Below are positions 60,451 through 64,000 of a stretch of 64,000 bases of DNA, in pieces. The DNA is from Lama glama (lineage: Eukaryota). The notes under the pieces are model-generated. The model searched no databases. It had not been told where the DNA came from and was given only the letters and a program-made list of their open reading frames with translations. Each line of letters opens with the position of its first letter. The first letter of the stretch is position 1. The position numbers and the translations under genes are program-made. Location: the NCBI GenBank assembly GCA_028534125.1, contig CM052816.1, positions 50,656,001 to 50,720,000 of the forward strand, read 5' to 3'.

Positions 60451-61789
60451 TGTGAATAACAGTGTTCCTCCTGTGCAACTATCATGTGCTCGGCATGTGA
60501 CATTCAGAAATTTCTCTTTCTGGTTGTGGATGTTCCACACCATCCACACCGGGTGTGGCTGGGACCCTCTTTTGCTCTGCGCTGTGCTAGGTGATGGTCT
60601 TGGGTGGGGATGCCTTCTCTGACTTGTTATATTTTCTTACCAGATAAAGCAAAGATCTTTGAGGTCATCTGCTATTAGCTACATGGTTGCCCTGCTAACT
60701 CTCTAGAGTAGTCTAAATTATGACCAGTGAGCATCCGGTTTGGGCCCTGGCCTTTGAAATTTTGCTGCGTGAATATATGGACAGTAGGAGAAATCAGAAT
60801 CTACCATCTATTGAGATATCTAATATTAAACTGTTATCATAACTCAGGAAGTCTGTGAAAAATACCCTTCCAGGTAGAAGTTAAGACAGTACAGTCTGAC
60901 TGGCCAGGAAACAACAGCTGCCAGACTGGCCTGAGATCCTGCAACTGGAACTGGATTATCTCATTTCAGCAGAGATTTCAGAAAGAGGCAGGGAGCCAGA
61001 TCAGCTGGTCCTCAGATTTCCATGGTGGAAAGGGGTCACGTTCACATATTGGACCACTTCAGCTCACTCAGAGAAAACCTGACAGCAGCAGAGATACAAA
61101 ATTGATTGTTCTTGACAGAGATACAAAAAAGACAAAGAAAGAGACTGAGATCATCCATGGTATCATTAGAGTCTAACAGCTAACTGACATGGGAGCTAGA
61201 AACACAGGATAATACGTTTTAGGAGCCGTGCTAATCAGAAATTGTCAGTGATTCCCCATTCCCTATGGAATGGAACATAGAATTATAAGCAAGGTTTATA
61301 AAATCTGAGCCAAACCTATCTTCTTAGATTGAAGTCTCTCTGCCCACCCACAGCCACCCTATGCGGGAACTGAGCTGCAGAACAGTCACTACTCACTAAA
61401 CACCCCCACCCTGGTGTCTCCACCATGTTGCTGTGAATGGAATGCCCTTGTCTCTGGCAGTTAAAGTTCTGTGAAGCAGCCGACGAGTTTCTCTGCGGAC
61501 ACATTAGATTGGAGGCACTGATGGTACAAACAGGGGGAATTACGCAGCAGAAGTTGTAAAGATAGTCTGGAGCTCTAGAGGTCTAGCTGGAGACTGAGAC
61601 TGAAGCAGCTTTCTCCCCTTGCCTGTATGTGAAGGCATGGGGACAATGAGACCAGGCCAGGTGGGCGTGTAGTGCAAGCTAGACAAGGACACTGATCTTA
61701 TGGGCTGGGCGAAGGAACTGGTTCCCCTGAAGGGGACCATGGGACAATGATCAGAATAGAAAGAAAACTAAGAAAAACAGTGTCATGAA

Positions 61790-62012
61790 TAATGAAGCTA
61801 ATATTTATTGAGTCTACTACATGGGAGAGCTCTTTTTAAGCATTCTGCTTAAGTTAACTAATACAACCTTAAAATAAGTTCTATTATTTCCATTTTTTAA
61901 GATGGGGACACTGAGGTACAGAGAGGCCAAGCAACTTGCCTAAGAGTACCAGCTAGTAGATAGTGGGGTTGGCATCTGATTCCAGACTTGTTACCTTTGA
62001 ATCTTCTACAAT
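61790..62012 (-). mobile_element. MIR, near full length
   Basis: gctaatatttattgagtctactac...ccatttttaagatggggacactgaggtacagagagg...aacttgcctaagag. Confidence 0.85.
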
Positions 62013-64000
62013 AATTCACTCCAAAGTAAAAAAAAAAAAAGGTCAAGATGGAAAGAGTGGTCCACATTTTCACAATGCCACATGCTCCAAGGAGGTCAGT
62101 TAAGATAATAAATGGGAACGGCTCAGGTTTGCATTGGAATTGGTAATTTAGAAGATACTGTTGTTTGCACAAGTCACTTTAGTGAACTTGGGCAGTAGAG
62201 GCTGGAAGTAAATGGGCTCCAAGGCATTACTTACATTCCATCTATTTCTTTACTTACCACAGAACCTAGTTCCAGGTTCCAGGGCACTTAAATAGCTATT
62301 CAAAAATTCTCTGAGTGTTGCAGGAGTAAAATTGGCCTAAAACTTCAAATCTTCATATTACTTTCAATTCCCTATTTCACTTTAGTTGTGTGGAAATAGC
62401 CTCGGTTGAAGATACAAAGCAGCACAGCCTGAGTAACAAGCAGGACTGGTCTAGCCATTTTTGTTTGGATGTGGGGAGATGGCGGGGAGGGCAAGCTACA
62501 CAGCTTTTAAAGATGAGGAAACTGAGGCTCAGAGAGATGAAGCAACTTGCTATGGTGGGTGGGAGGGAGTGCTTGCCTAGTCATTACCTTTGGGAAATTT
62601 GAAAGGCTTCCACTCTAACCCAAACTAAAAGTTCAATCCAGCATTTAATGCTAGACTTTTAATCCCTCTTGTTGGCTCTGGTGGGAAAGAGAGGGCTTAG
62701 AGGATAAGTAGGGAAGACCTCATCCCTGCCATTAGGAAACTTCTCTCCAGGTTTTTCTTAGGTTCTGGAAATTAAGGAGCCTCTGTTTCCTGCAATTATT
62801 TCTAACCTTATCCTACATTAAGAAGGATCCGCCTGACTTCTTTGGCAGCCACCACAGCAACTAGCCTGAAACACAACTGTCCCTTCTCTAATGTGCAGAC
62901 TAACCTGAATGGAAGAAGATTTCCTTGAGATATCCTCAGTAATTCATAGTGGACAGTAGCATGAAATTCTTCTCACTATAGCACAAACTTAAGTCACCAA
63001 CTAATCAGTAAGTAATTATGATTTTATTTTATGTGTTAAAAATATGCAACTCACTGGATGATAATAGTTGATGTTGTTTTAGTCATAACGTTCAAATGTC
63101 CTCTACTAATTGTAAACACCATCCAGGTTTTAGGAACACATTTAACAGAGCAAAATACAAGAGCAAACAACATTAAAACCCTTCGCTAGAAAAAAAACTT
63201 GTTTATTCTAAAAAATTATCCCAAAGGTCAGTTCTCACCTGGTTCAAAAACAGTTGCATTCACCCTATCATGCGAGGGGTTTTAGAACAGAGGAGGCAGA
63301 GAAACAAAGGGGACATGACATCATGTGTGAGTGATCACCAAAAAGCCAGCTCATTCCTGACTGAAAAACCATGCCTTGTACATAGGTCACAGAATGAATA
63401 AGATGAAACCAAAGTGCTGAGGAAAGCCACAATTTACAGAAAAATAGTACAAGAGAGAGAGGTCTTTTGCAAGTAGACAGATAAGAAAGGGTATATTTCA
63501 CTCTTATGGACTGGAGCCTAGGCTATCTGAATAGCATGTGAATACCATTAATAATAATCACAAGATAACTCTGAAAACTATAATAAAAAGACTAGGCCAG
63601 ATGGGGAGGGAAGGGACTAAATAAGAGATGGAATTATCCGCAAAGTTTGTAATAAAACGATCTGGTACTTTGGGAGCTGATTCTTCCCACTGGAGTGAAA
63701 TTCCTCTACTAGAGTTTTCTTTGGTGGCTAAATTTTCTAACACTGGAAACTGTTCCTTCTGGAGAGAATAAAGTCAGTGCCACTATTGAATTTGCTTTCA
63801 AAGGTGCAAAGAGTAGGTGAGAAAAAAAGTGTTTTGTACTTGGACCACATATGAATGTGTGGAAAAGAGTCTGGCCCAGTGAATTTGAATTTTTCATTTG
63901 TTATCCTCACTCACATGGTGGGGTATTTCCCATTAAACACACTTTTATGGACTGTCTCCCCCAGTGAAGTAGCCAAAGTTGCTACTATCAAAATGAATGC

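Noticed and set aside
1..64000. Supplied six-frame ORFs as protein-coding genes
   Set aside because: Short, overlapping on both strands, often starting at TTG or GTG, many inside repeats; none resembles a cellular protein I recognise
1..64000. CRISPR arrays, operons, rRNA, NUMT or a full CpG island
   Set aside because: None seen; the sequence is mammalian nuclear DNA with only small CpG-retaining patches

Overview
AT-rich mammalian non-coding DNA, intronic or intergenic, with one 500-N assembly gap (42240-42739). It is probably from a camelid, judged by a vic-1-like tRNA-derived SINE. I recognise no protein-coding gene. The supplied ORFs are chance frames or repeat remnants, and the only recognisable protein matches are decayed LINE-1/HAL1 ORF1 and ORF2 pieces. 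Much of the window is old interspersed repeat: MIR, L2, L1M/HAL1, MLT1/MLT2 LTRs and hAT elements (MER5, MER20, MER33, MER96B-like). It also holds a U6 snRNA retropseudogene, a young 5'-truncated L1 with a perfect 15-bp target-site duplication (TSD), and a CCAAT-rich solo LTR. The unique sequence offers the best leads: a regulatory cluster at about 28.3-33.0 kb (AP-1/TEAD enhancer-like island, metal-response-element-like inverted pair, TATA-Kozak ATG-donor first-exon candidate); plus-strand microexon or recursive-splice-like sites at 35.8 and 45.8 kb; an unclassified stop-poor island at about 24 kb; and a local diverged duplication with a well-conserved core. I found no evidence of a new biological system; these leads are hypotheses. 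Repeat family names come from my recall of consensus sequences, and repeat boundaries are approximate unless a TSD is given.
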